From NCBI GenBank assembly GCA_965655095.1, contig OZ296656.1:22568001-22632000 (forward strand): a stretch of 64,000 nucleotides of DNA, in the 5' to 3' direction. Positions 1-14,500 of this stretch are shown here, piece by piece. This stretch comes from Haplodiscus bocki (lineage: Eukaryota). A program made the translations under genes and the position numbers. The notes below the pieces were generated by a model, which saw nothing but the letters and a program-made list of their open reading frames with translations, ran no database searches and was not told where the DNA came from. Position 1 is the first letter of the stretch; each line of letters opens with the position of its first letter.

Positions 1-3000
1 ATTACTTCGAGATTCTGTGTCATATTTTGGGGTTTAATTACTCTTTGTTTTCTCTTTAATGTAGATCTTCGAGGATTGGTGTCTGTATTTGGGTGTGATT
101 CTCTGTTTTTCTTCAATTTTGGGGCGTTAGGAAGCAGAATGTGCTGGATTGTTTCTCTTGTTTGAATGTTTGGAGTAGCTCGTTCAGGTTAGTAGTCAGA
201 TCCGGAGTACCATCCGGACTTATATTGAGGGTTACCAGGTCTACTGGTTTGATGAACTTGGATTGCTGCAGAGTCACTACGGAAATCCCGGCAATCGGTG
301 TATTTTTCTTTATTGTGCAGAAAGATTCGGTTGTGTTGATTACTTTGACTGCTTTTATCTCGTCAATTATTGTTGACAATGAGTGGGAGGTTTGCAAACC
401 TGCTGTTTCGGTGAATCTATCCAGTTGAGTCACAGTACACAATGTTTTCCATTCCGATGGGTGATCACCAAAAGCAGTATTTGTTTTTGTAGTCTTTGGT
501 GGAATTGTCAGGTTATCATCGCAGAAGGAATGTTGGGGTTCTGCACCTAATTTTCTTGCAGCGCTTTTGACTTGCATTGTCAAGTGGGGAAAAAGAATGA
601 GACAATATGTAGTGTCGATGACTATAGTGTTGGGTCTCTTGCAATGCATAACTATAGTTGGCCCTGTAAAATTGCTCATTACGGCAAAAAGTTCTGCAAG
701 AGTATTGCTTCTAATGTCAAAAATAGGTGCGGTTGCTTCTAACGGTTTTTCTAACTGGCCATTTGCTACCTTAATTTGAAAATTTGAAGGATTGTTGTTT
801 TCAAAACCATTGGCGGGGCCTGTTGTTTTATTCTGTCTAATACAATTTGGACGATTGCACTGAATAAATCTTCTATTTGCACTAGGGCATCTATGATTAG
901 GTCATTCTCGAAATTCAAAATGGTTTAACAGCAATTCACTCTACCGTTTCTGGATTTTCATGGAAAACACTGGAAGATATATTTCAATGGTATTTTCGAC
1001 TCTCATTAGCTTTTCTTTGATCTCTGGGGTATAATTGTGGGAGGGAAAAATTTTCTCATCTCTATGTCGATTATCTGTTGTGTGTTTATCTGTTTCTTGG
1101 GTTTCAGTCGGCCACTTCTTGGTGAAGTTAAGAAAAATTACCCGTCCGTTCTCAGAATGCTTTTCTCTGATCAATTCCGTAACGATGCCGGAGTTTTGAC
1201 ATCGGAATCCCTCTGGTAACGATGTTTGGCTCGCTTTGTCAGATTGCTGCATGTTTTCAAGTCTTTCAGCCCCTTGATTAGTTTGAATTGAAAAGTCATA
1301 CATACTTTTATCTATCTTTTGGTGGTTCACAGATGTCTAAGGGGTTTGCTGGTTTGAAATTGTTGTATAATTAATGGTCTCCGATATGTCAATTGCAATT
1401 TGGGAGTGAGTACGGGGCGTTTCATGTTTTCTTTCATTCTCATTAGCAATGTTTTAGGTGTCTCTTTGTTGAACCTGGTCTTGTCTTGCCAGTCTTCTTT
1501 TCCGGGGTTGCGGTCTGTTTGCTGTAATGGTTTCAATTAATAAAGTGCTGTGGGTTGGTTCGTTTTGCCACATTCGGCACAGGGTTGATAGACAGCTCAC
1601 CGTTTTCTCTGTTTTTTTTTCGATTGTGCGTATTGTTTTTGTTACTAATATTATTAGCGTTAATGTTATTCGGGATATACTGTGTTTCACTACTGTTAAA
1701 GTAGCTAGCACTAATCTTGATGCCTTCAATTTGGTCTTTCTCTCTCCTGGGCTGAAGGCATTGATTTGGATAGTGATCTTACCTTTTGAAGTGATGAGTT
1801 GTCGGTTTGGGTTTTTCAGGGTTTAGTTTTGAGGCTTGTTGTGTCAGAGTAAACAATTCAAATTCATCTGGGGCTTCCAAACTGTTCTGTTTCTAATTTA
1901 TTCAAGATGTGACTCAATCTGTTCATAGGTGCCGCTCTCCAAGTGAATCTGGCTTGTGAATTTCTTTAGGTGTCGAGGCATCTTGGCATATATGAATTGC
2001 TCAATATTAGCTTGGGCAGCAACTCCGGACTCATCTTTTGCTAGTTTCTGGCAATCGTCCAAAAAATCATTTGACTTATGTTTCGCTTGATTGAAGGCTA
2101 GTTGCATGAAATTGCGTTTTGCTATGGACATTGAGTAGGGTTTCACGGATTTTTTAAGAAAAACCGTCAAATCTTCTCCCTGGGGTTCTCCGCTAGGGCT
2201 GTTGATGTTTTTTGAACGTGTGCAGCGCATCATCAAGCCTGAGACCTTGAAAGGAGTTCCTCTTATTTTCTTCAGACAACTGTTTGCTGTTTTTGACACT
2301 CATTTGGAACAGACCTTCAAACAATTCAAAATTTTATGATTTTTCAGTGAAGGTTGGCATTGTTGTGATAAGGGATTTGTGCGGTTTGAAATTTGGTTTA
2401 TGTTGTTTTTAAAGTTTGGCGGCGGTGGCGGAGTTGCTTTTGCTCGCCAACAATTGAAAGTCCAACAAAATCGGGTTTGCTTCAAATGTCGCAAGGGTGT
2501 TCTCACTGAGGATTTGTGGTTGAGTTGTGGTTCGTATCTGGTTTTGTTCTCCTAAAGAAATCCCGAGGGAGCGAAAGGGGATTTCTTCTTGGAATCATGT
2601 CATCATTATCTGGGTCTAGATGATATAGATGATGGGATTAGTAGACTGAAGACGCCACTTCAGGTTGAAGATCATTCTGGAAACGATGCCCACCCATTGG
2701 TTCCTGGTTTCCTTTAACAATGTTCCTGGATATTCCCGGAACGGTTCCGGATTGTATCCGTACCTCTAGGTCCAAGATAAAATCGTTTAGTTTAGACAGA
2801 GCATCCATAATGGTGAATTCTGTCCAGTTGATATCCTCGGACTGATTTATAGTGACCTTGCTTTCAATCTCATCAAAGAACTTGTGTTATATTTCACTGG
2901 TTGATTCTAGGAACGAACGTGGTTCGTGACTGGCCTTTCCTAGGTTGTTTATCTTATGTTTCTCTTGCAACGGCCGCCAAATTTCGTTTATTTATCAAAT

Positions 3001-3007
3001 TTTCCAT
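1..3007 (-). pseudogene. decayed gag, aspartic protease and post-protease region
   Basis: ATG at 3007 (MENLINKRNLAAVARE); zinc-knuckle remnants near 1540-1810; many stops and frameshifts. Confidence 0.8.
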
Positions 3008-4074
3008 CTTTTGAAGTGAAAAAAGCTCAACACTAGTGGAGACTGATTTAATTTTGCATTTTTTAACAACCTCGAGAGTACAAGAAAATGTAACTCTTCT
3101 AACAAATAACTAGTAGCAATATTGAGATTCAACTGATGAACAAAAGTGATAACAAGCCTCTAATCATTAGGCCGCGTCAGTTTTCATCTGTTTAACGGAA
3201 CTAATCAAACCTAATACGTCAGAAGTGGACATCATGGTGGTTTTTCCCGCGCCGACAGGACAAATATCAAAATACGCTACGAATCAAAGGGACTTCACAT
3301 ACTTCGAAAAAAATTAGGACAATTCAGCGAACAAAATAAAATTAAAGAGAAAAATTTAAGATTTCATGTTGAGATACGTAAAATACATGACAACCTACTG
3401 CTCTTCATTTGAGGGGAAATTGAGCTGGAACTAGTAGTGTTCCTAGTCTGCTCCTCAGTTGTGCTGTTCGGTTCCTAGTTTCCACAATGCGGTTCCCGAA
3501 TGGTTACGAATTCGATTGTATCCCTGCTAGTATCAGTGGTGCTGATTGATTGAACTGAATGAATACGGAACTGTTCCGTAACTGACCACAACAGCACAGC
3601 ATCAAAGCACAGCAATTTGAAGGTTTTTTCGAAACGTCACCAGTTTGATAGCGACGGAACAAGTACAGAACAAACAATCATTTTTGAAGTCACTTATTCT
3701 GCGCTACTTGTGCGACGAGTCAAGCTCGTTACCAGTGTCACTTTAGTTTAGCTACTGGCTTCTAGCTCTTTGAAAAGGTGGATTTCAAATAAATATTTTT
3801 ATAATTTACTTGAACAAAGCACTTTTTAAGATCTAACCGAGCTAATAGTTGCTTTCTGTTTTTATCCGTAACAGTTCTTCCCAATCCGGATCAGTACACT
3901 AGGACAAAACTTTTATTCTACATACTACGGATCAGTAAATTAACATGAAAGAAATACATATATAAAACAAAAAATTCATTGATTTATTTGGTCTTAGTTG
4001 ATCCATTGATGAACCGGGGATACTTTCTCTTAATTGCAGCACTTGCCCGCAGGCTTCGCTGATATGCAGCGACA
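2606..4074 (-). repeat. 5' LTR of copy D (~1.47 kb)
   Basis: Starts TGTCGC like the other copies; shares blocks with 49350-50823 (gcgacggaaca, ggatcagt, cgcaggcttcg); followed by PBS-like TGATGACATGA at 2605. Confidence 0.72.
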
Positions 4075-5426
4075 TTAAAAAACAAGATTTTGTCATTTTT
4101 TCCTGCTGACTTTTTTGGTGCGAAAATCTGGGTGTATGAAAACTTCCGTTTTGGACCAGAAGAAAAACAATCCATTTTTTTTATTTCCTCCTGTGGAAAT
4201 ATGCTTTCCAATTGGGTTGTGGGAATTCAGACCATTCAGACATGACGCTGACGAACCGAGAGTTATTCTAATCAAAACCATCAAAAACAACAGTTTTGAG
4301 GCGAAAACAGTTTTGGAATACATTTGCAAACGTTTCCGTAAAAGTGCAGTACGACAAAACTTCGTCCTGTCACGTGACGTACAAAAACAACTCATTCCAA
4401 CTAACAATGTAACAGTTTTCACCAAAACAGAGAAAGTAAAAGTAATTTGTTTCCAATTTCTTCCATTTTTGTCCGAACAACTTTTGAGCACCAGTTCCCA
4501 GAGATTTCTGCACCTCGAAAAGTTCAAGGCTGTTGTCTAGTCGTTGCAGTCCAAACACACATTTTTGTCTCAAGCAGGGCCACCAGCGACAAGTTTTTCA
4601 ACAGTTTTCACTACTGTGTATCAGAACGCAAACATTACAGTAAACGGAGTAGAGCATCAAAAACCAATCACTTTTTGAAATATTGGAAAACGGACTAAAT
4701 GGTTTTCTGATGTAGTCATACAGTTGTATCATCACCACTCGTGGGAAAACCAGATCACAAGAGGCCCAAACATGGGAAAAAAAGTTGCATGGACTGATAA
4801 TTCTTTTAGTTTTGCATCAAACAAAAGTCCTCATTTTGTCTTTCACCAAACTTTAAATTCAAGTTGCTTCACGTTACAGTTAGAAGAGCAGTAAAATCCT
4901 TTTTTTACATTGTTTCTACTATAGATTTTGTTTCCACGAAGTTGGGTCTCTTTTTTTCTATCATCGAAACAACCGCAACTGTCCTTCGCTGCTTTAGTTC
5001 TGAATGACGTAACATACTGCCTAAACACTTCATTACTATGTGGTCACTCTATCTCTAGGAAACTGGATTTTTGAATTTTAAAGGGAAAATTCCCCAAAAA
5101 AGCAACGAGTTCTTCCTTTTTCTTCTACTTCGATGTGTTTTTAAGAGCACTGTGTTTCGAGTGGTATTCAGACCAACTCCTATTTTTGCTCAACATTTTT
5201 CGTCCACTCGGTATCTGCATGGACTGAAAGTTGCAAGAATTGCTCAAATTTTATTCTTTTTTGCCGACATCAAACATTCCAGATAGTTAGTTTGAGTGGT
5301 TTTTTGGTATGTTTTTTAAATCTGCCTGTACTTTTTAGCCATTGGATTTTGTAATTTCAATTGATGAGCTTTAGCAATGCTTTTCAACTTTAGTTCCCAT
5401 GTTTCTGCGTCTTTCATTCTGATTTT

Positions 5427-6135
5427 CCCGCAAGTAGTGATAGATTTTTGGCACGACTGCATTACTTACAAAAGCGGGGAACTTCTACTTGCCGAAGGAC
5501 GCATGTAAAAAGGCCCCACACGCAGTTTACCGGGGTTAGATGCAGTTTACCTGCAAAAACATGGAAATACACCTGCTTCTATGCGGCAAGCATCTCGCGC
5601 AGAATACACGCGATGGCACGTAAAAAGCACGAAAGTTGCGGGTAACTCCACCTGAAGGATGCAGGCTAACTTACCAGCAGTTTGCAGGTGAATTTACCCG
5701 CGGTGTGAGTGCAGATTTTGTGTGCAATTGCGGATATTTTTGCCTGTAATTATGCGGGTATTTTTGCTTGCGTTTGGCGGGTCTTTTTACCTGCGATTCT
5801 AGTGTTTTTGCCTGCAAATTGCATGTATTTTTGCCTGCAAAAGTAGGCAAGTTTGCATACTAGTCGCGGGCAAAATTGCATGAGTTCCGCATGTAAAATT
5901 GACTGTAAAATACCCGTTGTATGCAGGTAAATTTGTTGAGGCTTGAGGCAATTCGCATGTATTCTGCTCGAGGTGCTTACCGCGAAGAAGCAGGTAAACT
6001 TACCTGTTTTTACAGGTAAACTGCAGGTAACGCATTTGAACTGCGTGTGGGGCCTTTTTACCTGCGAACTGCAGGTAGAGATACCTGTGCTTGTAGGTAA
6101 TTTTGCACGCGCCAGTTTTACAGCGTGTAATCCAC
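5427..6135. mobile_element. MITE-like element with long imperfect terminal inverted repeats
   Basis: taaaaaggccccacacgcagtt (~5506) is the reverse complement of aactgcgtgtggggccttttta (~6040); inverted similarity covers roughly 5440-5600 vs 5970-6125; no coding capacity; ends approximate. Confidence 0.6.
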
Positions 6136-6374
6136 CAGAGTTCACCGTGATATATGCCTCCCGTTCGCCACATTTGCAGTGCGAAGTTAAATTCCTAATT
6201 AGGATCAATCAATTTTGAAAACTAATAATGCTTCTCACTGGTTATGTCCAAATCATTCTTTTATGCTTTCTGTAAGACTGACTGTCCGCTTCTAATCCTT
6301 TATGGACTATCAGTTGGTTTAACAGACGTCGCACCCGAGTCGAAATATTGACCGAAATTTTTCCGGTTTAAGGG

Positions 6375-6960
6375 AGTTAACGGCGGTCAAAATTAGCCAC
6401 CGAAGACGTAATTAATCGGAAAAAGAGCGGCGTTACCAGCGTTGAACCGGAAAAATAGCGGCATTAACGGCGTTTAACCGGAAAAATAGCGGCGTTAACG
6501 CCACTATACTGGAAAAATAGCAGCGTTAACGGCGTTGAACCGGAAAAATAGCGGCATTAACGGCGTTTAACCGGAAAAATAGCGGCGTTAATGCCACTAT
6601 GCTGGAAAAAACAGCAGCGTTGACGGCCTTTAACCGGAAAAACAGCAGCGTTAACGACGTTTAACCGGAAAAATAGCGGCGTTAACGGTGTTTAACCGGA
6701 AAAATAGCGGCGTTGACGGCGTTTAACCGAAAAAATAGAGGCGTTAACGGCGTTTAACTGGAAAAATAGGAGGGTTAACGGCGTTTAACCGGAAAATTAG
6801 CAGCGTTAACGGCGTTTAACTGAAAAAATAGCGGCGTTAACAGCGTTGAACCGGAAAAATAGTGGCGTTAATGGTGTTTAACCGGAAAAATAGCGGCGTT
6901 AACGGCTTTTAACCGGAAAAATAGCGGCGTTAACGGCGTTTAACCGATAAAACAGCGAAG
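6375..6960. repeat. 31-bp tandem subterminal repeat (gttaacggcgtttaaccggaaaaatagcggc)n
   Basis: Directly visible head-to-tail units without unique spacers. Confidence 0.95.
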
Positions 6961-9900
6961 CTCCGAAAACATGGGTTTTAACGGAAAACCAATTTGAAGA
7001 TTTCAGACAGAAAAAAGAACAGAAACAATATTCTCGAGCTTTCAGAAAAAAACCCAATGGAAAACAAAGAACCCTACAGGTATCAATCGATCATGGCCTT
7101 CGTAAACCGTAAGAGTTAAAATAGAAAAACTTGAAAAGAAAGAGAATTAAGATGAAAACCGTTGGAACTTTGCAAAACTAGAACTAAGAAGTCAAGTCTT
7201 GACATGCTCAGTTTTTGCGTAATCTCAACTAGTCATGACATGGTCAATGACACTGACAGTTTTACCACGTGACGAAGCAAATTCAAAGCTCCACCAATGA
7301 AAACAAAATTACAAAATGTGAAGTTCCTTCCGAAAACATGGGTTGCACCAAATAACCGTTTGACGATTTCAGACCAAAAATTCAAAATTTTGACTTTGTG
7401 CAAAAGAGAACAAAACAAAGACCTCAGAAGCAACAAATGGAGATGGACCTCTCAACCAGGAAGGAATAAACAGAAAGAAAACTGAAAAAAGCATTCAGAC
7501 TAAAATTGTTGGAACTTGGCAAGACTAGAACTAAGAAGGCAAGCCCTGACATGTCCACTTTTTATGTAGTCATGACTGGTCTTGACATGGTCATTGACGC
7601 TAGCAGGGGCTATCACGTGCAGGCGCAAATTCGAAGCCCATCATTACCAACAAAAAGTGCAAAAACTGAAGGACCTTCCGAAAACATGGGTTTTAAGGGG
7701 AAAACAGTTTGAAGATTTCAGACGCAAAGAAGAACAGAAACATTATTCTCGACTTTTCGAAAAAACTAAGTGGAATACGAGGACCCTGAAGGCGTCAAAT
7801 GAACAAGGCCCTCGTAAAGTGTAAGAATTAAACTACACAAAAGTTGAAAAAAAATCATTCAGATCAAAACTGTTGGAACTTGGAAAGACTAGAACTAAGC
7901 AGTCAAGTCTTGACTTGTTTAACTTCTATGTAGCCTTGGTTGGTCATGACAAAGTCAGTGACGTTGGCAGGGCTACCAAGTGCAGGTGAAACTTCAAAGC
8001 CCCATGATTACAAACAAAAGTACAAAAAATGAAGGATCTGCCGAAAGTGAATTTCATGAAAAAACCGTTTGAGCATTTCGGACGAAAAAAAGTAATAAAT
8101 TTCTAGCTTAGACCAAGCAACCCCGTGACACACACGGCCTGTAATAGCAACATTTGAAATTAAAATTGTTGGAACTTGGCAAACTAGAACTAAGAACGCA
8201 AGCCCTCACATGTTCAACTTTTATGTAGTCTTGGCTGGTCGTGACACAGCGGGGCTGCCTTGTGCAGGCTGAAACTCAAAGCTCCATCATTACACAAAAG
8301 TACAAAAATAGAAGGACATTCCGAAAACATGGGTTTTAACGGGAAAGAAGGTTGAAGATTTCAGACAAAAATTGGAACAGAAACATTATACTCGACCTTT
8401 CAAAAAACCCCAGTGGGACACCAGGACGCTAAAGCCATCAACTTAATATCTGCTTTCTAAACAGAAAGAAATTAAACTGAACAAAACTTGAAAAAAGGCC
8501 TTCATATCAAAACTGTTGGTACTTTGCAAGACTAGAGTTAAAAAGTCAATTCCTGACATGTTCAAATTTTATATAGTCTTGGCTGGTCTTGACAAATTCA
8601 GTGGCGCCGGCAGGGCTACGACGTGCAGGCTCAAATTCAAACCCCCAAAATAACGAACAAAAAGTACAAAATATGAAGGACCTTTCGAAAATATGGGTTT
8701 CAACGTGAAAACCATTTGAAGATTTCAAACGAAAAAAAAAACATTTCTAGCCTAGACCAAACCACCGCGTGAAACACACGGCCCTTAAATGCAACTATTG
8801 AAGCTGGTCATTGTAACCAGGAAGAAACATGCTGAAGAAATATTGAAAAAAAAAGAATTCAGATCAAAACTATTGGATCTTTGCAAGACTAGAACTAAGA
8901 AGTCAAGTCCTGGCATGTTCAACTTCTATGTATTTTGGCTGGTCATGACATGGTGAATGACGCTAGCAGGGCTACCATGTGCAGTCATGAACTCAAAGCC
9001 CATCATTATAAAAGCAAAAAGTACAAAAAACGAAGGACATTCCGAAAACACGGGTTTTAACGGGAAAATTTGAAAATTTCTGACAAAAAAAGAACAGAAA
9101 CAGTATTCTCGACCTTTCAAAAAATCCCAGTGGGACGACAAGACCGTAAAGTCAACAATTGAACGTCGCCCTCGTAAACAGTAAGAATTAAACTAAACAG
9201 AATTTGAAAAAAAAAGCATTCTGATCAAAACTGTTGGATCTTTGCAAGACTAGAACTAAGAAGGCAAGCCCTGACATGTCCAACTTTTATGTAATCATGA
9301 CTGGTCATGACATGGTTACTGACGCCAGCAGAGCTACCACGTGCAGGCGAAAACTCAAAGCCCCATCATTACAAACATAAAGAAAAAAACGAGGGACCTC
9401 CCGAAAACATTCTCGAAAAAACCGTTTGAAGATTTCAACGAAAAAAAAATAGATACAAAAACTTTTAGCCTAGACCAAACAACCCCGTGAAAAACACAGC
9501 CCTTAAATACAACGATCGATGATGGACCTTGTAACCAGGAGGGAATAAACAGAAGGAAAACTTAAAATAAGCATTCTGATTAAAACTGTTGGAATTGGCA
9601 AGACTAGAACTAAGAAGGCAAGCCCTGACATGTCCACTTTTTATGTAGTCATGACTGGTCTTGACATGGTCATTGACGCTATTAGGGCTATCACGTGCAG
9701 GCGCAAATTTGAAGCCCATCATTACCAACAAAAAGTGCAAAAAATGAAGGACCTTCCGAAAACATTTGTTTTAAGGGGAAAACAGTTTGAAAATTTCAGA
9801 CGCGAAGAAGAACAGAAACAATATTCTCGACCTTTCGAAAGAACTAAGTGGAACACGAGGACCCTGAACGCGTCAAATGAACAAGGCCCCCATAAAGTGT

Positions 9901-10240
9901 AAGAATTAAACTACACAAAAATTGAAAAAAAATGATTCAGATCAAAACTGTTGGAACTTTGAAAGACTAGTACTAAGAAGTCAAGTCTTGACTTGTTCAA
10001 TTTCTATGTAGTCTTGGCTGGTCATGACAAAGTCAGTGACGCTGGTAGGGCTACAACATGCAGGTGAAAATTCAAAGCCCCATGATTACAAACAAAAGTA
10101 CAAAAAATGAAGGACCTTCCGAAAATGAATTTCACGAAAAAACCGTTTGAGCATTTCGCACGAAAAAAAGTAATAAATGTCTAGCTTAGACGAAACAACC
10201 CTAGAAAAACACCCCGTGGAACATATGGCCCCTGATTACA
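6960..10240. repeat. ~350-bp tandem satellite with two monomer variants
   Basis: Anchor aaaactgttggaactttgcaagactagaactaagaag recurs near 7157, 7503, 7866, 8162, 8510, 8866, 9228, 9582 and 9944 (again near 14886). Confidence 0.9.
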
Positions 10241-10249
10241 ACAATTGCT

Positions 10250-11570
10250 TCTGAAAATTTTTGTGCAAGTTATAAGATCATTTCTGTAACACCTAAAAGG
10301 TTGTTTAAAACATAATTTTTTGAAGAAAAGGCAAACTTTCCAGTGAAAAAAAATTTTGGCCTATTTTTTTCTCGTATTATCGAACACAACAAATGTTAGT
10401 AAACAACTTATAGGGGCACATGAGGTGTTTTGACAAGTATTGTTCAAGCTATATGATCATTTCCTTAGGATCTTGAGAGGTCGATAAAAAATTGTTCAAA
10501 AAAAGGCTGTTTTCCCCGTGAACAAAACAGATTTGGGCCTTTTTTTCTGACAAAACAGCGTATGTCAGACCTCAGCGAACAATCTAAAATGGTCCGCAAT
10601 GAATTTCGATATTTATTGTGCAAGTTATGAAGTTATTTCTAAAGGACCCAAGAGGCTGTTAGAAACAAACATTTCAAAAAAAACTATCTTCCCGGTACCT
10701 CAGCCGACAATTTGTAAGGGTCCAAAAGGTATTCTGACAAATACTGTGGAAGTTACAAGATCAATTCTGTAACACCAAGAGGTTGTTGAAAACACAAATT
10801 CTTGAAAAAAACGCAATCTCTCCAGTGGAAAAACCATTGTGGCTATTTTTCATCGTACTATCGAACATGACAAATGTCACGGAACATCTTACAAGGGTGC
10901 AGAAAGTCTTTTGACAAGTATTGTGCAAATTATGAGTTTACTGCTATAGGACTTAAGAGGTTGTTGAAAACACAATTTTCTGAAGAAAAAGCAATCTTTC
11001 CAGTGATGAAAAATTCTGACCAATATTTTTTTCGCATTATCGGGTGTGACAAACCTCAAGAAACTACTTGTAAGGGTCCAACAGTTGCTTTGACATTTAC
11101 TGTGTAAGATCTTTTCTTCAACACCCAAAAGGTTGCTCAAAAGGCAACTTTTTGAAAAAACTATTCGTTCAATGGAAAAAATTTAGGCCAATCTCCTCGT
11201 ATTATCGAAGTTGACAAACCTCATAGAACAACTTATAAGGGTCCACAAGGTATTCTAACAATTTTTGTGCAAGTTATACGATCATTTCCTCAGGACTTAA
11301 GAGGTCGACAGAAAAATTGTTCAAGAAAGGGCTATATTCCTTGTGAAAAATTAACTGGCCTATTTTATCTCGTATTGCCGAGCATTGCAGACCTCAGGCA
11401 ACAATTTTTTGGGCTGCACAAGGTATTGTCGAAACCATTGTGCAAATTAAAAGATCATTTCTGTAACACTTATTAGGTTGTTGAAAACAAAAGTTAGAGA
11501 AAAAGCTACCTTTCCAGTAAAAAAAATCTTGGCCTTTTTTCGTTTTATCGAATAAGACAGACCATTTGGC
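10250..11570. repeat. ~175-bp degenerate tandem repeat
   Basis: Anchor aggttgttgaaaaca recurs near 10298, 10478, 10652, 10780, 10958, 11130, 11300 and 11475. Confidence 0.85.
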
Positions 11571-14500
11571 ACAAACGTTCATATAATACCTGCTTCTAAT
11601 CTTGCTCCCAAAGATCTCAGAGTTACCCTTGAGAGCGTAAAGGGTGTCTCTCAAAGGTTAGAGATGAAAAAATTAGGTATGAGCATTAATTGGTGTACTC
11701 CCCTGATTGTTCCACAGGAGAGTTACAACCACACACCTCGGAAATCATAACAGAAATCAAAGAAAATTTATTACCCACTGGCCCGGTGTTGAAAATATTT
11801 ATCATGCTTCTACTACTATTAAGATATTTATTAACTTTTTGGAAAGGAAGCAGTCTCTCAGTTTATATATGGCTGTTACAAATTACAGAGTTTTTACAAT
11901 TAGAAGCCACAGCTTCGAAAAAAAATTGAAATACCAGGAGCCGCTCCATACAAATTGAGCCAAAAAAGAGCTTATTACAGAAAACTGGTCCGACAATGTT
12001 TGAACTTGTGAGATGAATCCAAAACAATGATGTCTTCAAGAAAAGTCTGATTAGAGAAACGACAGACTTAGTTGAATCAAGACTGCATCCAAGAGAACGT
12101 ATTGCATTCTCAGAGGACAAAGTTGCCTATTTTTGAAGTTTAGATCTTTACCATGAACCAATGGATAATTCAAACTTCAGATTTTTTCCCATGGAACCCT
12201 AAATCTCAAAAACAGTACTACCTATCCATCGGCTTCAGGATGCGTGGACACGAAAATTGCTCCGGATCTACCAAGGCGCACGGTTGACTTTTTTTTTAGC
12301 GGAATATGAAAATGTTCTACAATTTTTTCCACAACAAAAGCGTTGTCAGAACTGGAAAAAAATGTAGTGCATTTTTTCCCGACCTCGAATGAAATTTGAA
12401 TTAACTCGTGAACGGTAGAAATACATCTAACACGGGATGAGAAAGTTTTGTTTGACTACTAGTTCGAATAATCCATGGAATTGCCTGAAAAACACAGATG
12501 CTTTCGGTTGAAGCAGTCTGAGTGATGCTTTCTGTAACAGATTGTCACACTTCGAACACACCAATTCGCAAGGCAAAGCCCAATATCTCCGACAGGAAGA
12601 ACATCTCGCGTTTTTTTTGACGCAAGTTTCAAAGGACAAAACGATGTATTCTACAGAAAACTTGTTGAAGAAATCCCATGACTAGTCACAATTTTTCAAC
12701 GCTATGAAAAAGATCCAGCAGACTAGGTTTCGAGAAGAATACTTGAAGGCTGTGGAACTGACAAAATTTTTCGTACAATTTCGACCAATTTAGACAGCAA
12801 TAATTCAGGCTCATATCCAAGCAGGGTCCGTATGCGTAATGACATAAATTTTGCGAAACAAGAAATTAATACTGTTACACCTAAGCAGTCTCCGAGACAA
12901 TTATTTTCAAAAAAGCTACCGCTTAGTCGAAGAGAAATAAATGGCTAACCATAACTCCTAGTTTTAACAATGATAAACGTCATTGCGTTTGTCTTTAAAT
13001 TTCTCAAAGTTTTGTGATGATTAGTCTGATTCTGCAAGCAATTCGATCACTTATGCCTTCAAACCTATGTAGTTGGTCGCAGCAGTTGATATTGAAACAA
13101 GTTTTTCTTTACGAAATTGGAAAACTTATGGTCAATTATTCCACCAAAAATCGAGTATGAGAATTTTTAGAGCACACTTTGAGCTGGCCAAAATATTTTT
13201 CCGATGATTCTTCCACAAAAGGTAGCATCACTTCTCTAAAACCTAGGACGTGAAAAAACACCCATTTTTTTGGGAAGAAACGCTACCTTTGAGCTGAAAA
13301 CAAAATTTTGCCTTTTTTTCTCACACTCGAGCAACGCAGTCCTCAAACTTTATTGTTATTCGCAGTCCTCATTGAGCTTTTGGACCAACTATTTGACAAA
13401 CTAAGATGTCGTACTTGCTCCACTTATGCTCTCAGTACAAGTGCCCATCATCAAGAAGAGGAGCTACTTTTCCGACAAGGAAAGTAATTGGACGTTCGTC
13501 TCCTTTTTTTGAGGCTGAGAAGCCTCATTACTTTTTAATCTAAGATCTACAAGGTAATTTGACTGTTATTCTGTAACTTAGAAAAGATCTACAAAAACTT
13601 GCGTAGCCAATACAATTACCTGTTTCATAGAGATGAGTTTGCTTTCGACCACGAGGAAACGTGTTTGCACAATTTTTCCTCTCACAGTCAAGCTGGCCAG
13701 TTCTGTTTTTTTTCTGAGTGTTGATAGGATTTTTTTGTTTTTTGTTTTTGGCAACAATTAGAACATTTTGTGAAAAAATAGGCAGTCTTTTATTGTTTTT
13801 TCTTTTTCTATGGAGGGTCATGTTTTTGACAAAAATAATTTGGGTAATCAGGTCTGTATTCATCATTACAACACAACCAATTGTTCTCTTGTTGGGTTTC
13901 GGAGGCTATTTCAGAATTTAATCCCTAAATAATATCATAAACTTAAGAAAGCGACAGGTGTTATTTAAGAAGCCTACTTTCGAAGAAAAAGCCATTCTTT
14001 CTGACCATGAAATTTGAGAATTGTCTCCCTTTTTGAGCAGATTTAAAATTCCACTGTTTTATACTCGCAGTATTCTAAATATTCGCTACCATCCATTCAA
14101 CGAAGTCGAGGAATGATTTTGCATTAGTTCTTTTTTGTTGAAGAACTTTTTTTCAGGAAAAAGAAGAAGTTTCAGCCTTTCTTGCTATTTCGACCGACTT
14201 CTATAGTCCAGAGGAATGAATGCCAGAAGACGTTTGGGGAAGGTCCACAGAGTGTCTGCCATACTTTTCTTGCTTTTGATATCACTAGGACTGGAATAGA
14301 ATATGCTTGTAAGTGTGAAAAATTTTTCAATGCGATTGACAGATAATGAAAAGCAGGAATTTTGCTGAAAAGAAAAAAAATTGTTCACAGACTAACTCAC
14401 ATAGCGTACCAATTTTGCAATAGCAATCAAATTTGAGGAAATGTGGTGCCCACAAACCATCGACAGAAACCAACTTCGTTACTGGATGAAAAAACTGGAA

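Larger units (their letters stand above)
1..4074 (-). mobile_element. Ty3/Gypsy LTR retrotransposon copy D (5' LTR, gag, protease region; continues off the left edge)
   Basis: Minus-strand fragments (113-679, 941-1330, 1898-2299) align with gag/protease fragments of copy A (IEQFIYAKMP, FPSHNYTP, FPHLTMQVKS). On the minus strand the element begins TGTCGCTGCATATC at 4074 with no PPT before it. Confidence 0.88.

Noticed and set aside
3984-5400. Overlapping ORFs 4093-4527 and 4115-4540
   Set aside because: No recognisable motifs, AT-rich composition, no second copy to test conservation.
6375-6960. CRISPR-like array of ~31-bp repeats (also 39085-39670)
   Set aside because: Units are head-to-tail with no unique spacers and no cas genes; they are transposon subterminal repeats.
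7233-11654. Short ORFs within the tandem repeats
   Set aside because: They recur only because the DNA repeats; no protein motifs and frames are not kept between units.
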